From Syntrophobacterales bacterium (GTDB lineage Bacteria > Desulfobacterota > Desulfobaccia > Desulfobaccales > 0-14-0-80-60-11): a stretch of 64,000 nt of DNA. The notes beneath the pieces were generated by a model. The model did not search any database. It was not told the origin of the DNA and was given only the letters and a program-made list of their open reading frames with translations. The translations under genes were made by a program, and so were the position numbers. The stretch lies in the NCBI GenBank assembly GCA_023512475.1, contig JAILZL010000004.1, positions 12,528 through 76,527 of the forward strand, given 5' to 3'. Numbering within the stretch: position 1 is the first letter of the stretch; each line of letters starts with the position of its first letter. Positions 1-8,628 of the stretch are shown one piece after another.

Positions 1-9
1 CATTACTCC

Positions 10-1215
10 GTGCCCCGCTACCTGCTGGGCCGCCTGGGGTCCTGGCTGAGACCCCGCCATTTCTTCCACCGGCTGGCGCCCCTGCGGCTGGAGGAGGTCC
101 CCTTCCAGCCCCCCTCCCGGCGGTGGGTCATCCTGAAAAGCCGGCTGTGCGGCATCTGCGGTTCCGATCTCAATCTGCTCAAGGCGGTGGAATCCTATCT
201 CCTGGAGCCCTATGCCTCCTTCCCCTGCATCCTGGGGCACGAAGTGGTGGCGGAGGTGGCGGAGGCGCCCCCGGGAAGCGGTTTTGCCCCCGGGGAGCGG
301 GTGGTCGTCAATCCCCTTCTCCCCTGCCGGGCCCGGGAACTGCCGCCCTGCGGGGCCTGTCGCCAGGGCCGGGAGAATCTCTGCGAGAACTTTACCCGGG
401 GAGCGCTGGCGCCCGGCCCCCTGATGGGCTTTCACCGGCAGGCCGGAGGGGGCATGGCGGAATATCTGGCCGCGCCGCCGGAGTCGTTGGTGCGCCTGCC
501 GGCGGAGCTCCCCGATGAGGCGGCGGTGCTGGCGGATTCCCTGGCCAGCGCCCTGCAGCCGGTCCTGGACCACTTCCCGACGGATTCCGACACCGTGGTC
601 ATCTATGGCGCCGGCATCATCGGCCAGCAGCTGCTGAGGGCGCTCCGGGCCCTGGGGAGTGCGGCCCGGGTGGTGATGGTGGCCCGCCATCCCTTCCAGG
701 GAGAGCTGGCCCGGGCGGGCGGCGCGGAGGTGGTCCTCCTGACCCCCTCCCGCCGGGAGCTGGGGGAGGCGGTGGGGGCCCGCTTTCTCCCCACCACCCT
801 GGGGGGCGGCAATCTGGAGGGCGGCGCCCAGCTGTTCTTCGATTGCGTGGGCAGCCGGGCTTCGCTGCAGGAGGGCGTGGTGGCCCTGCAGGCCCGGGGC
901 ACCTATGTGCTGGTGGGCACAGCCGGTCGGCTGGGCCCGGTGGACCTCTCCGCCCTCTGGTTCCGGGAACTTCGTCTGTGCGGCTCCGCCATGTATGGCC
1001 AGGGGATCTCCCGGGGGCGCCCGGTGCGCACTTATGAGCTGGCGGTGGAGCTCCTGGCGCGGCCTTCCTATCCCCGGGAGGGCCTTCTGACCCACACTTT
1101 CCCTTTGCAGGATTATGTCCGGGCCTTCCAGGCGGCCTTCGACAAACGCCGCCATCGCAGCGTCAAGGTGGCCCTGGATCTCCGCTCTCCCCGCGGCCCA
1201 GGAGGGAACGGCTGA
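10..1215 (+). CDS. Zn-dependent medium-chain dehydrogenase/reductase (threonine/sorbitol-dehydrogenase-like)
   Basis: 401-aa ORF. Catalytic-Zn motifs CGICGSD and GHEVVAEV. Structural-Zn loop CRARELPPCGACRQGRENLC (C-x7-C-x2-C-x7-C). Rossmann GAGIIGQ. The frame is open back to nt 1, so the true start may lie upstream of the window. Confidence 0.8.
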   Translation: MPRYLLGRLGSWLRPRHFFHRLAPLRLEEVPFQPPSRRWVILKSRLCGICGSDLNLLKAVESYLLEPYASFPCILGHEVVAEVAEAPPGSGFAPGERVVVNPLLPCRARELPPCGACRQGRENLCENFTRGALAPGPLMGFHRQAGGGMAEYLAAPPESLVRLPAELPDEAAVLADSLASALQPVLDHFPTDSDTVVIYGAGIIGQQLLRALRALGSAARVVMVARHPFQGELARAGGAEVVLLTPSRRELGEAVGARFLPTTLGGGNLEGGAQLFFDCVGSRASLQEGVVALQARGTYVLVGTAGRLGPVDLSALWFRELRLCGSAMYGQGISRGRPVRTYELAVELLARPSYPREGLLTHTFPLQDYVRAFQAAFDKRRHRSVKVALDLRSPRGPGGNG

Positions 1216-1377
1216 CCGGGGCGACGGGGACAAGAGGATGATCCGGAGGGAGGCGGCGGCGACCAATCCCTCCTCCCCTTTCAGCGTGAAAGTCTCAAGG
1301 TTGTAGTTGCCGCGGGCCGATAATTTTGTTACCTTGCACATGCATGGTGATGCAGATCCAGGTGTGACGATCCGGCT

Positions 1378-2649
1378 ATGAGTCATCCCGTTCTCACCGA
1401 CCGCTGCCGTCCATTCACGCAATACCTCGGCCTGGTCAAAGCCCTGGGCCTCTATCCCTATTTCCGGCCCCTCAGCCGCTCTTTCGGCCCGGAAGTGGAA
1501 GTCAACGGCCGGCGTCTGGTCATGATCGGCTCCAATGATTATCTGGGGTTCAGCCATGACCCCCGGGTGCAGGAGGCGGCGGCCGCGGCCCTGCGCCGCT
1601 GGGGCACCGGCCCCGGGGGCTCCCGCTTCCTGTGCGGCAACCTCACCCTACATGAAGAGCTGGAGGCCCGCCTCGCCGCCTTTGTGGGCAAAAGGCACGC
1701 CCTGGTGCATGCCACCGGTTTCAGCACCAACCTGGGGGCCATCTCCTGCCTCCTCACCGCCAAGGACCTGATCTTCTGCGACCGGGAGAACCACGCCAGC
1801 ATTTTTGAGGGCTGCCTGGCCTCCCGGGGCCGGCTGATCCCTTTTCAGCACAATGACGTCGCCGACGCGGCCCGCAAGATCGCCGGCGCCCGGGAGAAAA
1901 AACCGGCGGACAGCGTGATGATGCTCTTGACCGAGGGCGTGTTCAGCATGTCCGGGGATTTGGCGCCCCTGTCGGAGCTGGTGCGCCTCAAGGACGACCA
2001 CCCGGATCTGGTGCTGTATCTGGATGATGCCCACGGGCTGGGGGTCATGGGCCCCGGGGGGCGGGGCACCGCCATGCACTTCGGGGTCACCGGCCGGGTG
2101 GATTTCATCATGGGCACCTTCAGCAAAGCCCTGGCCTCGGTGGGCGGCTTCATTGCCGGCGATGACGACGACATCTTTGGCTATCTGAAACATCACTCCA
2201 AGACCTTGATCTTCTCCGCCGGCCTGCCGGCCTCCTGCGCCGCCGCCGTCCTGGCCTGCCTGGATCTCATCGCGCAGGAGCCGGAGCGGCTCGAGCGGCT
2301 GTGGGCCCTGACCCGGCGGGCCCACGCCGGGTATCAGGAGATCGGCCTGCTCACCGGGGACGGGCGCACCCCGGTGATTCCCATCGTCATCGGCGAAGAG
2401 GAGAAGGCGGCGCGGGTGGCCGCCGACCTCTTCGAGAAAGGGGTCTTTGCCCTGCCGGCGGTCTTTCCCGCGGTGCCCCGGGGCCGGGCGGTCATCCGCA
2501 CCGCCTTTATGAGTACCCACGAGGAGCAGCAGGTGGATTTTGTGCTGGAGGTGCTGAGCGGGATCGCCGAGCGCCATCGCATCCGGGCCACCGACCTGGC
2601 CGAGCAGGGGAGCGGGCCGATCCTGGCCCGGCAGCAGGCCCCTCTCTGA
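1378..2649 (+). CDS. PLP-dependent alpha-oxoamine synthase (serine-palmitoyltransferase-like; Kbl/BioF family)
   Basis: 423-aa ORF. Motifs GSNDYLGF, EGVFSMSGD, DDAHGLG and PLP-lysine GTFSKALASVGGF. The family is secure; the subfamily (SPT, Kbl or BioF) cannot be settled by eye. Confidence 0.8.
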   Translation: MSHPVLTDRCRPFTQYLGLVKALGLYPYFRPLSRSFGPEVEVNGRRLVMIGSNDYLGFSHDPRVQEAAAAALRRWGTGPGGSRFLCGNLTLHEELEARLAAFVGKRHALVHATGFSTNLGAISCLLTAKDLIFCDRENHASIFEGCLASRGRLIPFQHNDVADAARKIAGAREKKPADSVMMLLTEGVFSMSGDLAPLSELVRLKDDHPDLVLYLDDAHGLGVMGPGGRGTAMHFGVTGRVDFIMGTFSKALASVGGFIAGDDDDIFGYLKHHSKTLIFSAGLPASCAAAVLACLDLIAQEPERLERLWALTRRAHAGYQEIGLLTGDGRTPVIPIVIGEEEKAARVAADLFEKGVFALPAVFPAVPRGRAVIRTAFMSTHEEQQVDFVLEVLSGIAERHRIRATDLAEQGSGPILARQQAPL

Positions 2650-2751
2650 GGTCCATCACCCCTTGCGCCCCGCCAGGAGGCGCCGAAGTGCCTCGAGGCC
2701 CCAGAGCCCCCAAGGCCCCCATACCTGAGATGAGGAGTCGGTCTGCCACCG

Positions 2752-3924
2752 ATGCGTCTGGATGATCTCGTTCGCATCAGCGTGCGGCAGGTGTATCGCC
2801 ACCGCCGCCGCTACTGGGGGGTGATCCTGGCCATTGCCCTGGGCGTGGCCGGCTTTACCACCATCATCACCATCGGCCGGGACGTGAAGAGGAATTTCAA
2901 CCAGGACCTGGAGCTCATCGGCAGCGCCAATCTCATCCGCCTCTACTGGGATCTCCGCCCCGGCGAGAGCCCTGACTGGTTCCGGCCGGAGACGGTCAGC
3001 GCCCTGCGCCACACCCCCCAGGTCGTGGCGGTGAGTGAGTATACCCTGCGCCCGGCCGTGGTGGCCGCCGGAGGACTGCGACTGGAAATCACCGTCTGGG
3101 CGGTGGACCATTCTTTCTGGCAGCTGAAACAGTATCAGCCCGCCTATGGCCTGCTGTTTGGGGCGGACAGCGTCACCGACCGGCGGCGGGAGTGCGTTCT
3201 GGGCGCCGGGCTGGCGGCCAAACTTTTCGGGGACCGCAACCCCGTCGGCCAGACGGTGGACATCGACGCCGACCGCTATCAGGTGGTGGGGGTGATCCGC
3301 CTGGATGACTACAGCGTCTCCCAATCCCTCTTCCTGCCCCTGAGCACCGCCCGGGACCGGCTGAAAGGCGAAGTGCGGCCCGACCGGCTTTTGGTGCGCT
3401 GCGCTACCTGGGACGATGTGGAGGACGTGGCGGCGGCCATCCCCCGGGTGGTGGCCACAACGCAGTCCGCCCTCGGTCTCAATGTCTGGGTGGTCTGGGA
3501 TGCCCTGCGCCGGGTCAAGCGGGTGGCCTGGTGGATTGAGTTTTTCTTTTACCTGGCCAGCGGCGTGACCCTGCTGTTGGGAGGGGTGGGCATCTGGAAT
3601 GTGATGCTGGCGGCGGTTCAGTCCCGGACCCGGGAGATCGGCCTGAAAAAGGCCATGGGCGCGGAGGATCGGGATATCCTGGCCCAGTTCCTCACCGAGG
3701 CCCTGGTGCTGAGCGTGGGCGCCGCCCTTCTGGGGCTGGCCGCCGGGCGCCTGCTGGTGGCCGTGGCCAGCTACTGGCTGGGGCAGCGGCCCCAGGAGGA
3801 ACTCTTCATCGGCTGCCTGGGCCTCAGTCTGGCGGTGGCCTTCGCCATGGGGCTGGGGGCGGGGCTCTACCCTTCCCTGAAAGCCAGCCGCATGGAAGTG
3901 GTGGCGGCGACCCGCTATGAGTAG
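2752..3924 (+). CDS. ABC transporter permease, FtsX/MacB-type (DevC/LolC-like)
   Basis: 390 aa. N-terminal TM (WGVILAIALGVAGFTTIITI), then a large extracytoplasmic domain, then the FtsX motif REIGLKKAMGA followed by TM segments. Overlaps the downstream ATPase gene by 8 nt. Confidence 0.8.
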   Translation: MRLDDLVRISVRQVYRHRRRYWGVILAIALGVAGFTTIITIGRDVKRNFNQDLELIGSANLIRLYWDLRPGESPDWFRPETVSALRHTPQVVAVSEYTLRPAVVAAGGLRLEITVWAVDHSFWQLKQYQPAYGLLFGADSVTDRRRECVLGAGLAAKLFGDRNPVGQTVDIDADRYQVVGVIRLDDYSVSQSLFLPLSTARDRLKGEVRPDRLLVRCATWDDVEDVAAAIPRVVATTQSALGLNVWVVWDALRRVKRVAWWIEFFFYLASGVTLLLGGVGIWNVMLAAVQSRTREIGLKKAMGAEDRDILAQFLTEALVLSVGAALLGLAAGRLLVAVASYWLGQRPQEELFIGCLGLSLAVAFAMGLGAGLYPSLKASRMEVVAATRYE

Positions 3925-4648
3925 CCCCCGCAGCAACCCCGACGGCTCCCTCATCCAGGCCCGGCAGCTCACCATGGTGTATCCCAACGGCGCCGGGGAC
4001 ATCGAGGTGCTCAAAGGGGTGAGCCTCAGCCTCTTTCCCGGCGAGATGCTGGCCATCATGGGGCCCTCGGGGTCCGGCAAATCCACCCTGCTGTACATTC
4101 TGGGCCTGTTGCTCCGGCCCACGGGCGGCTCCTACTGGCTGGCGGGCCAGGACGTCCTGTCCTTGGACCGGGCCGGTCAGGCCCTCTGCCGCCGGGAACG
4201 CCTGGGGTTTGTGTTTCAGACCTGCGACCTCCTGGAAAATTCCACCGTGTATGAAAATCTGGAATTTCCCCTCATCTATGCCGGGGTGGCCCCCCGGGAG
4301 CGCCGGGAGCGGATCCTGACGGCCCTGGAGCAGGTCAATCTGGGGCATCGCCTCCGGCATGCCGCCAACCGGCTCTCAGGCGGGGAGCGCCAGCGGGTGG
4401 CGGTGGCCCGGGCGCTGGTGAACCGTCCCCTGGTCATTCTGGCGGATGAACCCACCGGGCAGCTGGATCACCGCCAGGGCCATCTGGTGATGGATCATTT
4501 TGAGGCCGTGGCCGCCGGAGGCACCGCGGTCATTGTGGTCACCCATGATCCCGACATCGCGGCCCGGTGCCACCGGGTCTGTCCCCTCCAGGACGGCCGG
4601 CTCGTGGTGGCCCCGAAGCACGCACAAGGATGGGCAGCGGATGCGTGA
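3917..4648 (+). CDS. ABC transporter ATP-binding protein (MacB/LolD/DevA-type)
   Basis: Walker A GPSGSGKST, ABC signature LSGGERQR, Walker B VILADEPTG. Confidence 0.9.
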   Translation: MSSPRSNPDGSLIQARQLTMVYPNGAGDIEVLKGVSLSLFPGEMLAIMGPSGSGKSTLLYILGLLLRPTGGSYWLAGQDVLSLDRAGQALCRRERLGFVFQTCDLLENSTVYENLEFPLIYAGVAPRERRERILTALEQVNLGHRLRHAANRLSGGERQRVAVARALVNRPLVILADEPTGQLDHRQGHLVMDHFEAVAAGGTAVIVVTHDPDIAARCHRVCPLQDGRLVVAPKHAQGWAADA

Positions 4649-5978
4649 CTCTTGGAACCGGCGGGGCGGCTGGCTGGGGCAAGGCCCGGCCCTTCTCCTC
4701 CTGGGGGTCATCGCGGGGGCGCTGGGGGTGGTGAGCGTCCTGGCATCGGCGGCGACCGGGGCGGCCGCCCGGGCCGATTTTGACACCTGCGTGTCCCTGG
4801 CCCTCCGGCATTCCCCTTATTTCAGCCGCAGTGCCCTGGAGATCGAAGTCCGGCGTCTGGATGAGAAGGACAGCAAGTCCGATTACCTGCCCACCATCAC
4901 GTTGAGAACCAAATTTTACCCTCACCAGCCCGAGCGGGCCGGGGCGGTCAATCAGCGGGACTACTCCCTGGATGTGGCCATCGAGTCCTACAACCCCCTG
5001 GTGGCCCACTACAGCCTGAAGATGCGCCAGCTCCTGACCCGCCTGGCGGTGCTGTCCCATCTCCGGGTCATTTCCGACGGCCTGCGGCAGATGGGGACCG
5101 CCTTTCTGGAACTGGAGGCCCTGTCCCGGCTGGCGGGAGTGCAGGAGCGCCTGCTGGAGGTGAGCCGCCGGCAGGAGACTTATGTCCGGCGGCTGGCGGA
5201 ATTGGGGGAGGCCACGCCTCTGGAGGTGCGGGTCGCCCTCCAGGAGGGCGAGGTGGTCAGGGGGGAGATGGCCCGGCTGCAGGCGGCCCAAACCCGCCTG
5301 AAGGCGCGGTTGCGGGATTTTGTGGGCCTCAAGGCGGAGGAACCCCGGGACTTCGACCTCGCCCAGGGTCGGCAGCAGGTGCTGAGGCCGGGGGAGCCCC
5401 GGGACTGGACCCGGCAGGAACCCCGCTCCCTGGAAGCCCGCATGGAGGCGATTAAAAAGGAGTTGCAGTCCTGGAACATCACCCTGGCGAAACTGCGGCT
5501 GCTGCCGGGTCTGACCGCTGCGGTGCAGACCCCGGATCCCGTGGCCGTAACCGGGGTCAGGGGCTATTTCGTCTCCGTGGGCCTCACCTGGCCGATCTTT
5601 GACGGCTTCAAGCGCCTGCGGGATATCTCCCGGCAAAAGACCCTGCTGGCCCAGGCGGAGGCGGAGGGCGCCGCCCAGGAGAGCGACTTCAGATCCCGCT
5701 GGCGGGAGGCGGTGGACAAACTCCAGGCCGCGGCCGCCACCCGGGAGCTGGCCCGCTCCCAGGTGGAGCTGGCCCGCATCAAGGAGCGCCAGGCGGAGCT
5801 CCGCTTTCAGGGCGGGGAGCCCCTCTCCCTGGCCCTGGCCGCCCAGCGCAGCCGCCTGGAGGCGGAGGCCCAGCTCATCGCCCGGGAACTGGAGCATGAC
5901 CAGGCCCTGCTGGAGGTGCGGGCCCTCGCCGGCGAGCTGGTGACCCCTTACGTGTCGGAAAAAAATTGGCTCCCCTGA
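4641..5978 (+). CDS. TolC-like outer membrane efflux protein (OMF)
   Basis: The ORF-track model starts at 4500, inside the ATPase gene. The in-frame ATG at 4641 overlaps the ATPase stop (ATGCGTGA) and precedes a hydrophobic signal (ALLLLGVIAGALGVVSVLASAA). Two-repeat, coiled-coil-rich OEP-like sequence. Confidence 0.7.
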   Translation: MRDSWNRRGGWLGQGPALLLLGVIAGALGVVSVLASAATGAAARADFDTCVSLALRHSPYFSRSALEIEVRRLDEKDSKSDYLPTITLRTKFYPHQPERAGAVNQRDYSLDVAIESYNPLVAHYSLKMRQLLTRLAVLSHLRVISDGLRQMGTAFLELEALSRLAGVQERLLEVSRRQETYVRRLAELGEATPLEVRVALQEGEVVRGEMARLQAAQTRLKARLRDFVGLKAEEPRDFDLAQGRQQVLRPGEPRDWTRQEPRSLEARMEAIKKELQSWNITLAKLRLLPGLTAAVQTPDPVAVTGVRGYFVSVGLTWPIFDGFKRLRDISRQKTLLAQAEAEGAAQESDFRSRWREAVDKLQAAAATRELARSQVELARIKERQAELRFQGGEPLSLALAAQRSRLEAEAQLIARELEHDQALLEVRALAGELVTPYVSEKNWLP

Positions 5979-6976
5979 CCACCCCTCATCTTGGCACAGG
6001 TGCGATGATGATGGCCGGCCGTGCTGACAAATCCGTCCTGACCCGGATCAGACGCCCCGATCTGCGCAGTTTTCTCACCGCCTGGCTGCTGATAACCCTG
6101 TTCCTGCCCGGGGCCTCCGTGTGGGCGGCCAGGGAGGCCGAGGTCCCGGCCCGGGAGCCGGGGGAGTTGCAGATCATCGGCAAACTCTCCTGCTCCCTGA
6201 AGCGGGTGGTTCTGCTGCCCTATGGAGCGGAAATCTCCGGGCTGGCCGTCACCCCCGGTCAGCCCGTGCAGACGGGGCAGGAACTGGCCCGGTATCGCCT
6301 CACCCCGGAGGCGGTGCAGGCCCTGCGCCGGCGGCTGATGCCCCCCCGGCTCCCGGAGCTGGAGGCCCAGTTGGCGCAGGTGGAAAAAGATTTGCGCGCC
6401 GCGGAGGCCCGCCGGCGCACCACCCAGAGCCTGGCGGCCGAGCAGCTCGCCTCCCGGCAGGGGCTGGCCGAAGCGGAGAACGCGGTGCTGTCCCTGCGCC
6501 GCAGCCGCAGCGCCCTGGCCCACGGCCTGAACGAAGAGCGGCGCCTCCTTCAGGAAGAGCGCCGGCTCCTGGCCCGGCAGCTGGGGGTGGCCCTCCCGGC
6601 CGCCGGAATCCCGAGGGAGGGCCGGCTTCTCGCCCCCATCTCCGGCCACGTCCTCTGGCTGCACCCGGACCTCCGGGTGGGGGCGGAACTGAAAGGGGGG
6701 GAGCCAGTCCTGCATCTCGGGGTCCTGGACCCCATGCTCCTGCGGGCCCGGGTGCATGAACGGGATTTTCCCTCCCTCAGCCCCGGGATGGAAGCCCGGG
6801 TGGCGGTGGAAACCCTGCCCCAGCGCACCTTCACCGCCCGGCTCTCCCGCCTCCCCTGGTCCTCTCCGGCGGGAGTGGAGGAGCCGGCCTATTTTGAGGC
6901 GGAGTTTCTCCTCCCCAACCCCGACCTGGTGCTGAAGGAAGGCCTCAAGGCCACTTTGCTCCTGAAGAGACCCTGA
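5966..6976 (+). CDS. HlyD-family periplasmic adaptor (membrane fusion protein)
   Basis: 336 aa. N-terminal TM (FLTAWLLITLFLPGASVWA), a long coiled-coil (LAQVEKDLRAAEARRRTTQSLAAEQL...), and a C-terminal beta-barrel-like region. The start could be the MMMAGR methionines near 6005. Confidence 0.7.
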   Translation: MAPLTTPHLGTGAMMMAGRADKSVLTRIRRPDLRSFLTAWLLITLFLPGASVWAAREAEVPAREPGELQIIGKLSCSLKRVVLLPYGAEISGLAVTPGQPVQTGQELARYRLTPEAVQALRRRLMPPRLPELEAQLAQVEKDLRAAEARRRTTQSLAAEQLASRQGLAEAENAVLSLRRSRSALAHGLNEERRLLQEERRLLARQLGVALPAAGIPREGRLLAPISGHVLWLHPDLRVGAELKGGEPVLHLGVLDPMLLRARVHERDFPSLSPGMEARVAVETLPQRTFTARLSRLPWSSPAGVEEPAYFEAEFLLPNPDLVLKEGLKATLLLKRP

Positions 6977-7470
6977 CCGCCGGAGGGGCCCTCCCCGGGC
7001 AGCCCTGCATAACCCGGTTCCTGGTTCCCGGGCCATCCTGCCCCGTCGGACCCGGCCTCCCGGATTCCCCGGGTTCGGAGCCCCCGCCGGGCTGAGGTAC
7101 GGGAAGATCAGGCCGCGGCGCCACCTCTTCAAGGCCTCGGCCCAGGTCTCCGGCCCAGCCCCGAGGGAACCTGACCCCAGGCGCCCCCTCCTCTCCTTCC
7201 CTGCCCCCGCCTTGCCGTTTCTGCCTTCCCCCGATGATCCAGGACTCCCGGGATGCCTGGAAACCTCAGGCTCGCGTCCCTGCCCCGGGCGGTATCAGCT
7301 GCGGCCCGGTGGCTCCGCCGACCTGCGGCCTGCACCCAGTCCGGGGCCTCCCCCTCCTTTGGCCATGGATCCTCCACTCACGGCCCACCCGGGCGCCGGC
7401 GCGGTCTTCATCCGCGCCCTGCCCGCCGCCACCCGGCTTGGGCCCCCCTGACCCTCTTCCCGGCTCCGGG

Positions 7471-7535
7471 GACTGGCCCCCTCCCCCCCGGCTTAGGTGA
7501 CTGGCCCCCTCCCCACGGCTCTGGCCCCCTGCCCC
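7471..7535 (+). repeat. C-rich direct repeats (gactggccccctcccc x2 plus a degenerate third copy)
   Basis: Perfect 16-mer at 7471-7486 and 7499-7514. Related ctggccccctgcccc at 7521-7535. They sit inside a non-coding spacer of about 650 nt that is strongly C-rich on the + strand. Confidence 0.8.
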
Positions 7536-7631
7536 TTCCCTTGCTCAGGCGGCTTGGCCACCTCTTAGGGCTTCGGCGCCCTGCCTGCCGCCCAGCCGGG
7601 CCTGCCCCCGGGACCGACGCCCCTGCCCCCC

Positions 7632-8615
7632 TCACCACCAGGAGCGGGGCAGGCGCACCCTCACCCGCATGCCGTAGACCAGCCGGTGGGGATTGGCCTG
7701 CTCTGCGGCGATTTCCGCCACCAAGGCCCGTTGCCGCCGCAGGTAGTAATCCTGATATTCCGGCGGCAGGGGTTCGGAAGCCGGATAGACCTTCTTGACC
7801 GTGCCCGGAGTGCGGCGGCCGTCGGCGAAGAGGATGGTGGTGGCCTGACCGGGATGGACCCGCTCCCGATCCTTTTCCGCCACGAAGGCTTTGACGAAGA
7901 GGTCATGCGGGTCCACCAGGGTGAGCACCGCCTGCCCCGCCTGCACCACCTCCCCGGGCTGGCGGTTGCGGCTGATGACCACGCCTTCCCGGGGGAGGCG
8001 CAGCTCCGTGACCACCCGGGCGGCGGGCTGCTGAAAGCGGTGGTACAGGTCGGCCAGAAGCTGCCGTTCCTTCTTGAGGACCGTCAGCCGCTGCTTCAGC
8101 CTCCCCACCTCGGCCTCGGCCTCCCGACACTCCAGGTCCAATTTTTTAACATCCCCGTATTTCAGGATTTTTTGCTCCAAAAGCTCCTGGGAGCGGCGCC
8201 GCTCCTGGGCCAGGGCCGCGGCCACCCCGCCCTTGAGACGTATCTCCCGGGCCGTCACCTCCGCGTCCCCGGCCAGGCGGGTCAGGGCCTCCTCAATGCG
8301 GAAGATCATCTCCGGCGGCCAGGTGTCGGCGAGGCGGCGGGTGACATCCACCCGGGCCACCACGGTGCCTGCCGGGACCGTATCCCCCACTTCCACCAGC
8401 ACCTGCTCCAGCCGGCCGGGCTCCTCGCACTGCACCAAAAACTCCCGGCCGTCCACCAGGGCCGGGAGGTCCAGGTAGAGGGCCCGGCGGCCCAGCCACT
8501 CGCCCAGGGCCAGCACCAGGCAGGCCAGCAAGGCCAGATACAGGAACTTACCCCAGGAGCGCCGGGGCGGCTCCGGCTCCCTTTTGTACAGGGGCGGCAA
8601 TGCCGGGGCTTTCAT
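7632..8615 (-). CDS. HlyD-family periplasmic adaptor, last gene of the EPS module
   Basis: 327 aa. N-terminal TM (FLYLALLACLVLALGEWL), a lipoyl-like hairpin (VEVGDTVPAGTVVARVD ... GEVVQAGQAVLTLVD) and a central coiled-coil. Confidence 0.8.
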   Translation of the reverse strand: MKAPALPPLYKREPEPPRRSWGKFLYLALLACLVLALGEWLGRRALYLDLPALVDGREFLVQCEEPGRLEQVLVEVGDTVPAGTVVARVDVTRRLADTWPPEMIFRIEEALTRLAGDAEVTAREIRLKGGVAAALAQERRRSQELLEQKILKYGDVKKLDLECREAEAEVGRLKQRLTVLKKERQLLADLYHRFQQPAARVVTELRLPREGVVISRNRQPGEVVQAGQAVLTLVDPHDLFVKAFVAEKDRERVHPGQATTILFADGRRTPGTVKKVYPASEPLPPEYQDYYLRRQRALVAEIAAEQANPHRLVYGMRVRVRLPRSWW

Positions 8616-8628
8616 GGTCTCTCCTCCC

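Noticed and set aside
10-2649. Reading the first two genes as a plain tdh-kbl threonine-degradation pair, or the second as bioF (bioA is at 22738).
   Set aside because: Not fully rejected, but not adopted. The dehydrogenase is ~50 aa longer than typical Tdh and has an atypical N-terminus. The synthase motifs look more SPT-like. The pair is packed against a lipid-type exporter, not near bioA. Phylogeny is needed, so only the family is called.
7253-7798. 181-aa and neighbouring 79-88-aa ORFs in the C-rich spacer.
   Set aside because: Pro/Gly/Arg-rich with no start context. They partly overlap the HlyD gene end. They are a consequence of the C-skewed repeat tract.
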